The position numbers and the translations under genes were made by a program. From Vicugna vicugna (Eukaryota), in NCBI GenBank assembly GCA_013265495.1, contig MU058387.1, positions 124,001 through 188,000 of the forward strand: a DNA stretch of 64,000 nucleotides. The letters are read 5' to 3'. Positions within the stretch are counted from its first letter, which is position 1; the number at the start of each line of letters is the position of its first letter. The notes under the pieces were generated by a model. The model saw only the letters and a program-made list of their open reading frames with translations. It did no database searches and was not told the DNA's origin. Shown here piece by piece: positions 49,966 through 64,000 of the stretch.

Positions 49966-51049
49966 GTATTCTACATATTTTGTTTTGTTTTCCAGTATGA
50001 CCCTTTCTCTCAATTCCACCAATTTCAGATCATGTTTATTAAATGAGTGTACACGATGCAACTTATCTTGTTTACGAGGATGCATAGGGAAGCAAAAGTT
50101 GCCATTAAAAGATACTCAGTGATCAATCAACCACAAAATTTACGTCTCCTCAGTGTTGTTATCTGCTTAAACGAATTTCTTTCTCTATTCTTTGTGTCAT
50201 TTTCTTTGAAGAGTTCATCTTTCGATGTTTACAATAGTTGTCAACACCTGACTATCCAATGTAAGTTGTACCATGTAAACTGATTTCAAAATAATGTTAT
50301 TTCAAAATAATGTTAATGCATATTTTGCAAAAGAAGAATCAAGAGAGTAGATGTCGGAGAAGCTCTCAAATTCCAAGGCAATCACAAGGAGTTGGGCAGG
50401 TTGTGTACTGCACAATTGTAGGAGTAGCATTCACCCTGTGGTATTGTAATTGCACATATATTGTGAAAATTTTTTCTTTAGAAAGGAATGCTTTTCCTTT
50501 TTCTTCTTTTTTTTTTTTCTAATTCAATAAGAGTTTCTGCGGGACTGCAAATCATACACAAAGCCACTTCAAATAAGAATTGAGTATGCTTAAGACATTT
50601 AGCAACTTTAGACAATACAATGAATGATGATTAAAATGGTGTGAGTATCAAGGAATAAGACAAATATCTTGGAAAAAATAATAAAAGTCTCAAATATACT
50701 TATAAATTTGACCTTCTTGAAGTTAATGATATTAAAGTCAAATGTAAACCTCAGGACCCAAAATATGTTATCACATTATTTTCTAAGGAAAAGTATTAGA
50801 GTTTATAGTTTTTGTTATTTATAAGAATCCCTTCCCCCAGCTTAAAAATAAAACCTAAGTGTGGTTTAATATAAGCCAAAATAAACTTATTTTCAGTTTT
50901 AAGATAAAACAACCATGAATAATTTTGCTCCATTATTCATGTGACCTTTTAATTACATTTTTAATGGTTTACTGTGAATTAGCAATTTGCCGGGACTATT
51001 TGTCCACCGCTGAGGAAGACTTACCGTACTGACCTGGCTCTCTCTAGTG

Positions 51050-51645
51050 ATTTCTCTAAAAGAGAAATCTACATGTCACTCCGTTGCTTAAGTCCCTTCA
51101 CTAGTCCATAAATACTTGATGGGTACAGTCTAAAAGTCCCAACAAAGTTTTCCATGATCTGATCTTTTTTTTTTTTCTTTTCCAAGTCTTGTCTTCAGTC
51201 TCAATATCTTACACCTTAACCCCAGCCTACCTCAAAGCACCACCATATCTCAGGCGTTAGTCCTCAGCACCTCAGCAAAAGAGATCTCCTCATGGTTTCT
51301 AAAACAAACCATACTGAATCAAGAGTTGGCATTTAGCATCATGCAGTTTCTTCTTCTTGGAGTATTTTTTCTTACCCAAGATCCTTCACTTGTCATCCTT
51401 CAAAATCATGCTGTTCGGCTTCACTTGCTCTGAGAAGCTGTCTTTGACACCCTGCAGCTAAATCCCCTCCCTCTGTAATCAATCAAGGCAGAGTGGCACT
51501 CGCTCTTCACAGCAGTGTCTGCACTCAGCACATACTCCTTTCTGCTGCATGTATCAGCTTGTATTGAACATATCTCTTTAGGTGTGTGAGCATCTAGGGT
51601 AAAGCAACTGTGTATCTACATAGTTGGGTGCCTATAAATATCTTC
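51050..51645 (+). mobile_element. L2 fragment
   Basis: atgtcactccgttgcttaagtcccttc...ctctgagaagctgtctttgacaccc...gtgcctataaatatc. Confidence 0.6.
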
Positions 51646-52611
51646 ATGGACCCATAAGAAAAATAAAAATATGAAAGAAAAGGTATAGTCTTTCCTCAAA
51701 ATGGGTTGAAACTGACAAAAGTCAAAGGAGGTACCCTGCTGAGGACCCTGTTGCTTTCCCAACAGACCTTCAGATCCTAGATATGAGGCTCCCTATTAAG
51801 AGAAGGTTGAAAGACTCCAAAGAAACAGAGATCCTTTTAAGCATGGAGTTTAAAAAGTCTGTTCCTTGAAATGGGGTGAAAGCTTTATTTCTAGGCTACC
51901 CACAGACCACATCCCTAACAAACCACAAAACCTTGTTGTTTTTCTTTATTTTTGCTCTCTTAAAAAATAATTGTCAACATATTTCCCCGTCCAACTTTGT
52001 ATTGTCTAAACAACGTAAGGTCTTATAAATTTGGTATTTTCAACAACAGTATATAAGAAAATCGCAATACAAATTATTTATATTTTTAGACCTTCATAAC
52101 TTCATGAATGTATTTTGTGCTTTCAGTAGAATTCAAGGAGAGACAATTTTTTGCTTATTTTTTCCACCAGTGAAAGTTTATCTCCTGTATTTATTACTCA
52201 GCACGGTTAGATCTGAGAAGTAAAAACATGCATAACCAAGTATTCTCAAGAAGGAAGAATGGTGAAACCTAAAATTGGACCCACCTATCACCTTGGGCAG
52301 ATACACTTTGAAAAAAAAAAGTCACCTCTATGGCCTGGAGACAGAGAAGGAGTATTGAGAATGGGTAAAGGTCAGTCATTACTCTGCGTTTAGGAAAACT
52401 TTTAGCAACATAAGGGAATGGCGCCTGTTAGCAAGATGCTTGTTCTACAAATCCTAACACCATGTATGTAGAGCACTTCTCCAAGGTGTCTTCCATGCTT
52501 CATTGTGAAGCTGAGTCATTTTTACCTTCTTGATTTGGGAATTATCCTATCATTGTTAACCTGGAATTAGTATATTCTTGGCTGTTCATACCAAATAAAG
52601 AGAAACACTGA

Positions 52612-52710
52612 TAAAGACTTTACCTCCAAAACTGTGAGAAGATAAATATTTGTTTTTCAAGCCACCCAGTCTGTGTACTTCATTATGGCAGCCCTGGTAA
52701 ACTGGTACAG
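52612..52710 (+). mobile_element. MLT1 3' fragment
   Basis: cctccaaaactgtgagaagataaatatttgtttttcaagccacccagtctgtgtacttcattatggcagccctggtaaactggtaca. Confidence 0.85.
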
Positions 52711-55006
52711 AGACAGAGCCATGACGCCAGTAGACCACCCTATCCTCATCCCCAGCTTCTGCCCCTTGATATTTCCTTTAAATTTGGCCATACTTGGCTT
52801 CCGTCTTTGATAGGAATCTAAGTTGGACAAACATCTGACAAAATACAAGAAAAACAAAATAGCTAAGCAAAAGCAATAAGTAAACTTTTTCAGCACCACA
52901 GAATGAAAAAATATAGCCATAGATTGGGATAAAGCACCAACTAATGGATAAAAATCCTGAAATCATTGCTAAAATTTAAGTCGAAATTGCCAGGGTAGAT
53001 ATCCTGATCAATTCACATCTTAATAAAAAAGGAATTCAATTTCTGTATAGCTTCATGCAGAGCACTATAATCATTTGTTTTTAGGAAAAAAAATCAAAAT
53101 TTTGATTGAACTATTTTTATGTATTTTGGTCAGGGATATTTTTTCTCTTCCTCTCAGACAGGTTTAATCACTCATTTTATTCTCACCTTTTTACTCATGA
53201 ATATTTTACATATTTATAATAAGACAATATTAGGGACTTAAAACACTGAGAGCAAAGTAAATGAATTTTTTCATCAGCGTTAAGACATGAAAAAAAGTTA
53301 AATAATCAGTCAGTTCTACAAAAAGCTAAACGGTGCCTAGTTTCTGCAACTGGGTAGTAAACAAGAAAGTAGGTTTGGAGACCCACATTACCTGAATCAC
53401 AGTTTAGTGGTATTACAGGTGTCTGTGGCCCTGTTTCAAGTGTAGCAAACCTGGGGGCAGATTTTATGCTGCAATGCATTGTATCCAGATTTTCTCACTC
53501 TAGAACCTCCTTGGCATAGGTGGACTGGAGAGGAAGACTGGCTGCAGCACATCTGCTCTATGAAAACCACACAATAGTTATGCAATAGCACTCATTAAAA
53601 ATAGCACTCTGAGAGCAAAGCTAATCAGATCCACAAGGAAGAGTAATGGTGGGAGGCGGATGGAAATGACACAAAGTAGAGATGCAGAAATTCTGCATTA
53701 GTGGAGTGGGCACTGCCATGAAGTAGTATGAGAATTTTTCTACAACAAGCAAGTTGTCCATCATGCAAAAGAAATCCAGAAGACTGACAAACTATATGCC
53801 CCAACAACGTGAAGAAATTCAGAACTAACCATGAAAAATAAAGATGAGTCTAAGGTCGGCTGCGTGATATTGAAGTTTAAGTGATGTCTTAATGTTAACC
53901 TACTGAGATAAAGTGGGCTATTCATTTCTATTGCCCAGAACTAGAGGGAGATGGCAGATTTTGCAAACATGCTGTCTACCATGGATACTTATGAATTTAG
54001 ATGGAAAAGAATAACTCTACCTAAAGCAGACGTCCTTGTTAGGGAAGGAACCATGGTCAACTGTATTCACCCATCCTACCTGGTTCTTAGTAAAATGCCA
54101 GCATATTTGGGGGGCTCAAAAAATAAAGGATCAAATTAATAATTCACAAGTGAATCAATGAATGATGAATGAATGGATATACAGATAAATTTGGAAGCAT
54201 CACAAGGGATCATGAAGCCTTAGGCAGCAATCTTGAAATAATAAGAGCTAGGAGATATTTTAGCTTCACTGTGGAAGAGTATTGACTCTAAGAGTGGTGA
54301 ACAGCTGGCTGAACAGATGTTTTTGCAGAATCTGATTTGGATTTCTAGCCCAAGCATAAGTTGAGGATTGGAATAATGGGCTCTTGGCGAGGTATAAAGT
54401 AAATCTCAAGAGAATATGGTTGAGCATGTTTATCGAAAAACTAACTGCCCCACTCACCAAGCTTTGCACTGTGTCCACAGGGGAGATCTGTCCTGAAAAG
54501 TAAAAACAGCCAGGATAGATCACTGACATGCTCAGACGTCGTCTCTGTGGTTCAACTATAACAGAGTAACAGGAAAATCTTGGAGAGATTTTGTGTAAGT
54601 TGACATATGGATGTGAAGTGATAGCCCTTTGGGTTGCTGAGCACTTATCTTATAAGTGAATCTAGCTCTCTTGGGAGCCAAAAATTCAACAGGACTTCAT
54701 TTCCCTAGTTCCATGAAGAAGAAAACACTGCATTCCTTCCAGTTGTAAGTCATGGATCCACAGCCTAGGCAATAAGGGTCAAAATGGCAGAAGTATTTCT
54801 TCACATCCCAGTAAGTCTTAAAGAACATTTACCATTGTTTTTCTTCAAATATTATTATGTGCCTAATATATAACCATTATTTATAGGATTTGGGGATGAT
54901 ACAAGATGATAAGACATGATATCTTTCTGGGTGGAAATTAGCTGTAATGATGTGCTATATATAGACAAAAATAAGTGTAATATACATTTGAAATTAAAGC
55001 ACTTTT

Positions 55007-55470
55007 TTATTTTTTAATGAAGTATAGTTGATTTACAATGTTGTATTAGTTTCAGGTGTACAGCGAAGTGATTCAGTTATACACACACATATACATAAAT
55101 ATATGGAGAGATTTTTTTCAGATTCTTTCCCATTATATTATTACAAGATATTGAATATAGTTCCCTGTGCTATATGGTAGATCCTTGTTGTTTATCTGTT
55201 TTATGTATAGTGGTGTATCTGTTAATCTCAAGCTCCTAATTTATCTCTTCACCTCCCTTTTCCCTTTGGTAACCACAGTTTGTTTTCTTTGTCTGTGAGT
55301 CTATTTCTGGTTTGGAAATAAGTTAATTTGTATCAATTTTTTTAGGTTCCACATATAAGTGATATGCTATTTTTCTTTGACTTACTTCACTTGGTATGAT
55401 AATCTCTAGATCCATTCATCTTGCTCCAAATGGCATTACTTCACCCTTGTTTATGGCTGAGTAATATTCC

Positions 55471-55523
<53 letters not shown>

Positions 55524-55568
55524 CACATCTTCTTTATACATTCATCTGTTGATGGACATACAGGTTGC
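55007..55568 (-). mobile_element. L1 3' end with internal (TG)n at 55473-55520
   Basis: gaagtatagttgatttacaatgttg...cattcatctgttgatggacatacaggttgc; TSD AAAGCACT at 54996-55003 and 55569-55576. Confidence 0.92.
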
Positions 55569-56797
55569 AAAGCACTGTTAAAGAAAGATAAGATATTGCA
55601 GTTCTGGAATGGGAATATTATTTTCTTCTAGGAGCAATAAAGAAGACCAGATAATTTAAAAGGTCATTTAGCCAGCTTTAAAGAATAGGTAAAATTTGAT
55701 CTTGCAGAAATAATAATAATGGAAGCAATTACATAGTGCAGTCTTACTACATGCCAACCATCATTCTAGACTGTGAGGTAGATACTTGTGCTATTTAGGG
55801 TAAGCTAAGTGGTTGAAATAAAAATAATGCAAATATTCAGTTTCTTAAAGACTAAGAATTTTCTATCGCTTTCATGTGTCACATGACTTTCAGCATCATA
55901 TTAGCCATTTCATTTTGATCATAAGCTTAAATCTACATTTCTTTGTACATGGCTCAGTTTTTGTACTGTACTTTTGCTAGTTTTTCTGCATTCGAAAATC
56001 TTTATACACCATCTCTGTTCCTCCATGAGACAGGATGAGCTCCTTGACTATAGCAATGGAGAGGACGGCTAAGTGCATTTTTTTTTCTTTTTTAAATCCA
56101 GATTTGAGGCTAAATACAATGAAGGGGGTGGAGAAGAGAATGAAAACTTCTGGTCGCAATTTCTGAGAAGACTAAAGATATGCTGGTAAAACTGCCAAAA
56201 AATGAGTAAGAACCAAAGACTTTTTTAGTATATAGTATTCACTTAGTAAATAAAAAACATACAAATGAACAAATATAAATGGATAATTGGGGAGGGTAGA
56301 CAGATTAGTGACAAAGATAAAACAACCTTAAAAGAATGAAAATGCTGAGTGTTATGGACATTGAATGGCAGTATTCCCCTACTGAGAATAGAGCCTAAGT
56401 AAAAATGTACATAAATTGTCCAAACATTAAAGTTTCCCACTTATAATTATCTATTTCAGTATTGCCAGAACATTCCCAATTTTCTTCACTAAAACTAGAA
56501 CTTACACCCTAAATAATCTGGTTTTTGTTTTTTACAGTTTTGAACAAATTTATTTAGAGTGAAGCCAATTTTGTCAAAGAGCTGAGAAATTTGTCCCTAA
56601 TTAATTAGTTGAAGTGGAAACTTGAGAAGTCTACATTTGATAGCCTCTTAATGGTAACATAGTGGTCCAAAATTCAACATAATTGGAGCAGCCCACTACA
56701 AAATTAGAACCCAGCAGAGACATTCTTAAACAAAATAACTCAAGAAAGAATAAAATAAAAGGAAAAAATATTCATATGCCTCTCATTCTGTATTTTT

Positions 56798-57060
56798 TTT
56801 TGGCATTCTTTTATTGATGTATAGTCAGTTTACAATGTTGTGTCAACTTCTGGTGTACAGTATAATGTTTCAGTCTTACATATGCATACATATATTCATT
56901 ATATTTATTTTCATGTTCTTGTTCATTACAGGTTACTACAAGATATTGAATATAGTTCCCTGGGATACACAGCATATACTTGTTGTTTATCTATTTTATA
57001 TATAGTAATTAGTATCTGCAAATCTCGAACTCTAAATTTATCTCCTTGCCACCCCCTTCC
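56798..57060 (-). mobile_element. Short L1 3' end
   Basis: tatagtcagtttacaatgttgtgtcaacttctggtgtacag...; 14-bp TSD CATTCTGTATTTTT at 56784-56797 and 57061-57074. Confidence 0.93.
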
Positions 57061-59054
57061 CATTCTGTATTTTTAATGCCAAAAATTATTTCACATATCT
57101 TTTTAATTGCCCTTTCAAGAAACAGCCAGACAATAACATCAGATTCTGGGAATTTCGGGGGATCGAATGTGAATCTTAATTCTACAATTTACAGTTTTGA
57201 TCACTTTTACACTATCTTCTACTGCATCAATTTACTACGTGAGTGGATGAGTTCCAAAGGATCATGATGTAGGAGAAGCTGTTCAATTTGTCAGAAAGTT
57301 TGAGAGAGTCCGTCTTAGCAGCTCTAAATAGATGCTCAAAATCAGCAATATATTTCAGTATTAAATTTAGGGTTCTGAACCATTACATTTAGATAAAGCT
57401 ATCATACCTTAAGTTCAGGAGGCCACTGATTAGGGGGAAAAAAAAAGTAATGAAAGGAATTTTAAACCTAAGGCAAAAAGCATATCATATGGAAAAGTCA
57501 GAGCTTCAAAGTTAAATGTCATTTCCCTTGTCCACATCCCCAAGAGAAAAACAAATGTGGCTCCATTGTTTCAAAAAAACTGGCTGAAAAATGAATAATT
57601 CATTTCCTTTACAGATATATAGGTAAAATCATTTAAACTAAATTATACGCCTTTAATTCTTTCAGCAATGAACTGGCAAGTAGAGTATAAAAGTAGGAAG
57701 GGGGAAATTAAACTGGTGATACAAGCATATAAAGCAAAGCAATGAATTGATGAAGTTGAGAACTAAGAAAGAAAAGCAGAAATTAAAAAAGAATGCCTGA
57801 GAATGGAAGACAGCGAGCGAGTCAAAGAAAAAAGAGATCCAAAACATTACAGCTGGTAATAATGAGCCAAGAAAGGCCCCCGCTCTTGGTACATTTATAA
57901 TGTACAGTCACATGTTCAATACGGTGAAATAGTAACTGATATTGACAACTGTGAACCTTAGTGTGGAAGGACACTGTGTCTGTCAAATAGAATGATTGAA
58001 AGCAGGATCCAGGTTAAGCTGGATGAGAAGGAGAATGAGGAAAAAGTTGGAAAGAAGATCCCGAAGTGAATGTAGAAAGTGGCATATATACTGCCTGTAA
58101 AATGAGGATAGATGAAGATTAATGGTTTGCGGAGATTCTGCCCGTGATTTTCAGGAGATGGTTTTGCTATACTTATCTTGGCTGCCTCAAAGAAGCAAGG
58201 CTCGGGCATACACAGACATACCCCACATGGCAGAAGGAAGCATTTGCTTTCAGAAAGAGCTCTGTACTCACATTAGAGAAGCGTATTATCTACATCTATA
58301 TGATGGATAGAGATTTCAAAGGTAATTATGTTTCTTGATGTTAATTTGTGCCTTTTATATGACACCAATTGTGGTTTTGTGCTTTCCTTGAGTCTCTTGA
58401 GCAAATCTCTTCTCACAATTAAAAAACAATCTCAGGCATTTACACTTCGCAGATACATGATATGTGTGTGGTTCTGTGTCTATAAAAGCTGTCAAAGAGG
58501 ATCATTAACAGATTCTGAAATGATTACTCTGCTGAAGTGAGCAATCAGTTAAAAATGGATACTATGAATCTGTTATCCTAAATCTATAAAATGATTATCA
58601 CCCAGAGCCTGCAGAATATAGATGCTTAGAAAAGCAGACCAGTCCCCAAACCATGTTCTAAGATTCACAACTTGCAAAATGCTGATTCCAGTATGGTCTT
58701 AGTCTAAACACCATATGCCAGGAATAAAAATAATGAATTTGAATATATTCATAATGCAGACATCTCAAAGACCAGTAATACTCTGTTTATTATTTTAACC
58801 CATTCTAAAAACAATCCTGAAAAATAAATGTTTCTAGTTACAGAAATAGAGCACATGTGTATCTTTGATGGCTTACAAAGCATTCCCATTAGATAATGTA
58901 TTTCATTTAATCTTAAAAAAACCTGTCTATAAGAATTTTCATCTTTAATATTCTTAGGGTAAGAAAATGAAAACTGAAATTGATCAAGAGTTTACTTAAA
59001 ATGTTTCAGCTAAGAAGTGAAGGAGTTAAAATTTGACCCAAATTCCTCTAACTC

Positions 59055-59630
59055 TATTCATTGATAAAATTGGGCAAAATCTGAGTGCCCGCCAATGGCA
59101 AGGTCCAGTACTGTGCCCAGGTGATAACAGCATGATGGAATTGAAGAGTTCCCTGCATCCATGAGAACTATATCTCAGCAAGCAATTATCTTAACAGTAA
59201 TTTAATTTAATTTTGATAAGTTCCACAAAAGACAGGAGCAGAAAAAGTTATATTAAGGGACCCACCTTAATTTGGTAAGTTTAAGAAGGGCTTTCTTGAG
59301 CAAGTAAGCCAAAGGGGACATCTTATGAGAAGTTATTTAGCAGAAAGATGAGTACCTACTGAGGATGAGGAGATGGCCCATGGGAAGACCCTGAAGCTGG
59401 CATTAATGTGGCTTCTGTGAAGAAAGAAAGACAGCTCACATCAAAGGAATACAGAGAGAGGGACATGTTCGGTGCCAACCAAGGCAGGTGATGTTGGCAG
59501 GGCCAGATGGTGTTGTTCAATTGCAGTGGACAGTGACTGAAAGTCTTTATCAAGGAATTGATCCAATAGCAAGATCAGATTTGTGTGCAAAGCAGAGAAT
59601 AATATGAAGTGGAATAAAAATGGAGATAGG
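59055..59630 (-). mobile_element. L2 region
   Basis: ctgagtgcccgccaatggcaaggtccagtactgtg...aagaagggctttcttgag...gatcagatttgtg. Confidence 0.6.
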
Positions 59631-59635
59631 CTCCA

Positions 59636-60275
59636 TTAGAAAATGGTCAGATGATCTAAACTGACACCTCATCAAAGATTATAGACAACAAATAGCATGT
59701 GAACATATATTCTGCATCATCCTTCACTAGGAAATCACAATTTAAAACAACGAGATACGACTATACACCTGTTAGAAAGACCAATATCCAAAACACTGGC
59801 AACACCAAACGCTGGCAAGGATAGGGCATAACAGGAACTCTCATTCGCTGCTATGGGAATGCAAAATGGTACCACCACTTTGGAAGATAACTTGACAGTT
59901 TCTTACAAAATTAAGCATACCCTTACCATAAGATCCAGCAATCACACTTTTTAGTATTTACCCCAGTGATTTGAAAGCTTATGTCTATGTGAAAATTTGC
60001 ACACGGAAGTTTAGAGCAACTTCATTCATAACTCCCAAAGCTTGGAAACAACCAAGAGGTCTTTCAGTAGATGAATGGGTAAATAAACTGTGATACATAC
60101 AAAAATAGAACATTATTCAATGCTAAAAAGAAATGAGCTATCAAGATGTGAAAATACATGAAGGAACCTTAAATACTGAGTAAAAGAAGCCAATTTGAAT
60201 AAGCTACATACTATTAAGAGTCCATGACATTTTTGAAAAGATGGTAAAAATGGCAGTCTAGAGAGATGGTAAAAA
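59636..60275 (+). mobile_element. Old L1M (L1MC-like) ORF2 end and 3'UTR
   Basis: ccaaaacactggcaacaccaaacgctggcaagg...gggaatgcaaaatggtaccaccactttggaag...aaaagaaatgagctatcaag. Confidence 0.9.
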
Positions 60276-60559
60276 TCAAGAGAGGAGGAACATTAAGAAG
60301 GCTAGGATAACAACACAGTCAGAAATGACATTGGCCTGAAACACTGTGCCTAACTAAGACCGGAAATTATCTCAGTCAAATAAGCACCTCAAATAATTTG
60401 AAAAATTAACTTGCTGACTTGAAAAACAACTGTGGTTAAATCATTATCTACTTTATAATCCTGCAGCTTCCTGATAAAAACATGCCCACGTGAATCTTCC
60501 CTCAAATTTGTCTTTAGCCACTTTTGTTCCTTATCTCCTCATCTCTCCCCAAAGGTATC

Positions 60560-60935
60560 TCCCTTTGGGCACAAGCCTCACTGTTCTCCAAGCACATCCA
60601 CATGGTGGTGGCCCTGTGTATATTTGACTTTGCCTCTGCCTGGAATACCTTCTCCATCTGGTGAACTTTTCCAATCTGAACCAATTGAAATATCACTTTT
60701 GTGTCAAAAATTCCAAGGCTTCCTCCATTCAATACAGTTTCTCCATCTTTAGATCCCCCATGATTTTATATTCATTGTTTCACTTATCCTACTGAGTTAT
60801 AACAAGATTGCTTGCACTTCTGTTCTGTTCCACAGATCTTTTGGTCCTTAAGGGCAAGGCTATTCCTTATTTAATTTTCTATACTCAGTAGCTGTGTCTA
60901 AACTCAGTAGTTACATCTTTGATAAATGTTAAATT
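60560..60935 (+). mobile_element. L2 3' fragment
   Basis: ctctgcctggaataccttctcc...cttaagggcaaggctattcctt...gataaatgttaaat. Confidence 0.65.
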
Positions 60936-61036
60936 AGTAAATTACTGTCTGTTTAGCAAGCAAATGGAACAAACTGCTTGGAAGTCTGAAAGTGAGCTGG
61001 GTGTTATACAGATCTGTTTTTAAATAGGATTTCTTA

Positions 61037-61163
61037 TACAGTTGAATTTGTGGATGCAGAACCCCCAATAAGGAGGGCCAACTATAAGCTACATCCAGAT
61101 TTTTGACTGAGTGAGGGTTGGCACCCCTAATCCCCACGTTGGTCAAGGGTCAACTCTACTGTA
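61037..61163. mobile_element. TcMar-Tigger-derived element
   Basis: tacagttgaatttgtggatgcagaacc...ggcacccctaatccccacgttggtcaagggtcaact. Confidence 0.75.
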
Positions 61164-61369
61164 TTCTTAATATTTAAACTGTGACTCAGAAATACACTTT
61201 CTGAGGAAAACTGGTTGTTGCTGTATAGTATAATGATTGAGAAGAGCTCATGTTACTTTATTTTTAAAAATATTTTATAATAGTGGCACAGTATAATTTT
61301 GGATCTGCATTAAATGGCTCCATAAATCAGCATGTATTACTACAATTCTAGAGTAGAAGCTGATACACT

Positions 61370-61553
61370 ACAGACCATGGGCCAGATCTGGCCCCATGCT
61401 TGTTTTTATGAATAAAGTTTTATTGGAACACAGTCACACTTATTCCTTTACATATAGATGCTTTTGTGCTACAATAGTTGAGTTGAGTTGTGACTGAACT
61501 GTAAAGTTAAAATATTTATTATCTGATCCTTTCCAGAAAAAGTTTGCTGACCA
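61370..61553. mobile_element. MER58A-like hAT-Charlie MITE
   Basis: gggccagatctggccc...aataaagttttattggaacacagtcacac...cagaaaaagtttgctgacc. Confidence 0.88.
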
Positions 61554-61554
61554 A

Positions 61555-61915
61555 AGTATGGGTTCTGAAAGTCAATTTAACTGGGTTTCAATTCTGCTTC
61601 ACGACCTTCTAGACAGGTCATCTGGAGCAAATTATTTGGCTTTTCTATTTCTTAGTTACTCATCTAAAAGTGAGGATAATAATAAAACCCAAGTCATAGA
61701 ATTAATCTAAAAAATAAATGATAAAATTCTCGCAAAGTCTATGATATATCATAAGTAGTCAACAAGATATTCATTAATAAGGATGAAATTTTTTAGTATT
61801 TTATTTTTCTTAAGAGAAAAATGGGTTAGGGTGGTTGAATTAAAAGTCATTGTAATACATGTAAAATGCTTAGAATAGTGCCTGGTACAAGGTAAGATTT
61901 CAATAAATGTTAGCA
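61555..61915 (+). mobile_element. MIR SINEs (two adjacent pieces)
   Basis: ctgggtttcaattctgcttc...ctcatctaaaagtgaggataataat; tgtaaaatgcttagaatagtgcctggtaca...caataaatgttagc. Confidence 0.8.
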
Positions 61916-64000
61916 TGCTTGTTGTATAAACAATTTCATTTAATAATCAGTTACTGATCAATGTAACTTTCTGGAAACTTTCTTCAACCTGTTTATACTT
62001 TCAGCTTATACCAGCTGTGAGCACATTCGTTTATATGTTTATTATCCACAGTTTGAGAATGGTATCATATTTGCATATAAATTTATGAACAATGTGACGG
62101 AGAGATTAACTCTGGGTTACTTTGTTATGTCTTTTTACAAGAATGTAACTTATTCCGGGAGCCTACTTGGTATAAAGGTCTGATATCCTCCACTCTGTTT
62201 AGCTTACAGCTGCTCGATGGGACAGGAAAAGGCAACAACTAGAGACACTGTGTGCTGAAGTCTGGAGGGTCTCTGGATGATATAAACCTCTTTATAGTCA
62301 AACAATGTAGCACTAGCTCCTAGTTATGCTTTAGTTTAGTCCAGACATTCCCTTATTCCAAGCAGCCAAAAGTGATTGACAGCTTGATTGCATCCCAATC
62401 CTAAAAGTCTTTTTTCTTGAAATTATTAATGAAAAATGGGGGCAGTAGGAAGGATCTATGGGTTTAATATGCAAAGAGTTGCCTAAAACCAAAGCAAGGC
62501 ATTCATGGAAGCAAGATACACTTGTCTAGTTAAATTTTATAATGGTTTCACACACGGGAACACTAAAGCTTTTGCTCACACTATTTTTTCCACCTGGAAT
62601 GCCCTTTCTATAAATTCCTCATGGCCAAATTTTATTCGTGTTCAAGGCTGTCACATCTGGGAAGCATTTCCTGATAAGCCTCTCATTCGTCTTCAGAATT
62701 CTCAAATTTTCATTTAATCTTTTCTGATACGTTTTTGAATATATAAAATATAATATATAGAATGCATGTAATAAGCTCTGTATTATACACTCTGTAAAAG
62801 CGTATGTGGAAATATATGTATGTGTATCCATATCTATATACATTTTGTAATAATTTTATTGAGAAAGAAGAGAGAGGAGGAAAGTTTCTCCCTCCCCCCC
62901 ACCATACCTAGAAATTGATCTTAACCTAAATCCCAACAGTGTCGCCTCTGGAAGTCCACCATTCCTTTTCTAAATTAATCTCAGGAGGCCAAATCGCCAT
63001 CAGATTTTCTCTCCTTGGATGTAACTCTCTTTTGGCTTGCTTCGCCAAATCACTTGTGTGCCATCTCGGATAATGAACTCAGGTTTTGATTACTTTCCAA
63101 CCACATTCAATCTCACTGTGTGTTTGTGAGTTTCATTTTTGTTTTTTAATTGGATGAATTTGAGAGGATCATGGAGGCAGTTCACGAGGAGCAGAACTCA
63201 GTCTTCTGCAGTTTTGATGTCTCCTTTAGCTCTGTCTTCCTTCCATTTCTGCCCCATCCCCTCCCAGACTGTCCGTGAGACATCCACATTTGTCTCATTC
63301 TATTATTCAGAGCAACAACTTGTCTTTTTCACTGTTGATATTACAAAATCCAAGGTTTCATTCTCAAGGGCTCAGCAGAACAAAGGACCCTTCGTTGAAA
63401 GGAATTCAAGCTGACTCTCATCTTAGAAAGTAGTCAAGGATATAAAGGCAAATGCTTCCTTGTCACACAGTTCCCTGTGAGACATTCACATAAACACTCA
63501 CATTCAGGTTTAATGGAAGCAGGTCTTTTTTCACTGGCACAAGAACAACTCATCTGGAACAGTAGATGTCTATCTCTCAATGTTTGTTGATTGACTTTGA
63601 CTGACAAAAATAAATGAATAAGCAAATGAACTAATTGCACATTCCTCAAGGCCAAGGAACAGATGTATATCCATTAGCCTAACACACTGCTGGGCTCACA
63701 TGAGCTACATTGTAACCTTTTCATGGGATTAAATACAGAACCAAAATTTGGGAGGCTATTGTTTGTATTACCAGACACATTTTTGCATATTTTGCAAGTA
63801 TTTATAGATCAAATTAACTGTTAATGCTCCTGCACACTGTGGGATTTGCCTGAGCTCCTTAGTTATCAGGATTAGTTATCATTTATTTAGTCCTTTACAT
63901 TAAGAAGGATTTAAACAGAATAACACCGTGCTGTCTTAAACGTTATCATGTATGTGCCTCTTGCTTTGAATTGTTTGCAATCTGTAATAATCCAATTTTA

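Noticed and set aside
50212..58321. Plus-strand exon candidates (50212-50260, 55981-, 58155-58321) as continuation of MEVASP
   Set aside because: Each hits a stop in phase 1 or lacks a valid donor.
1..64000. CRISPR arrays, tRNA, rRNA, snRNA or prokaryotic systems
   Set aside because: None seen; the sequence is mammalian and its tandem repeats lack unique spacers. Small structured RNAs cannot be excluded without an Infernal/Rfam scan.

Overview
Mammalian genomic DNA, AT-rich and dense in eutherian repeats (L2, MIR, MLT1/MLT2, MER5, MER45, MER58, Tigger). The young L1 3' ends look cetartiodactyl, and I saw no Alu/B1, BovB/Bov-A or PRE1 SINEs, so a camelid origin is likely (inference). I recognise no intact protein-coding gene, and nearly all ORF-track entries look like chance or repeat-derived frames. 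Main landmarks: (1) a near-identical ~2.26-kb tandem duplication at 1-4100; (2) a previously unlabelled-looking spliced + strand gene remnant in and just after it (exons 3446-3556, 3959-4096, 5203-5434) whose joined exons encode a TTF-type (hAT-related) zinc finger with a nonsense codon and a frameshift; (3) a TSD-flanked ~340-bp element made of an L1 5' end fused to an L1 3' end, with a second L1 tail inserted into it; (4) a twin-primed L1 carrying a solo LTR; (5) a candidate minus-strand recursive splice site at ~18550; (6) a CpG-island promoter with a TCTCGCGAGA motif at ~39.7-40.25 kb; (7) a ~515-bp AGT/AAT/AGC triplet expansion; (8) a MER41-like LTR with GAS/NF-kB motifs and a nested CCAAT/octamer-rich LTR. 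All repeat family names come from visual recognition or memory, not a database search, and boundaries of old repeats are approximate.
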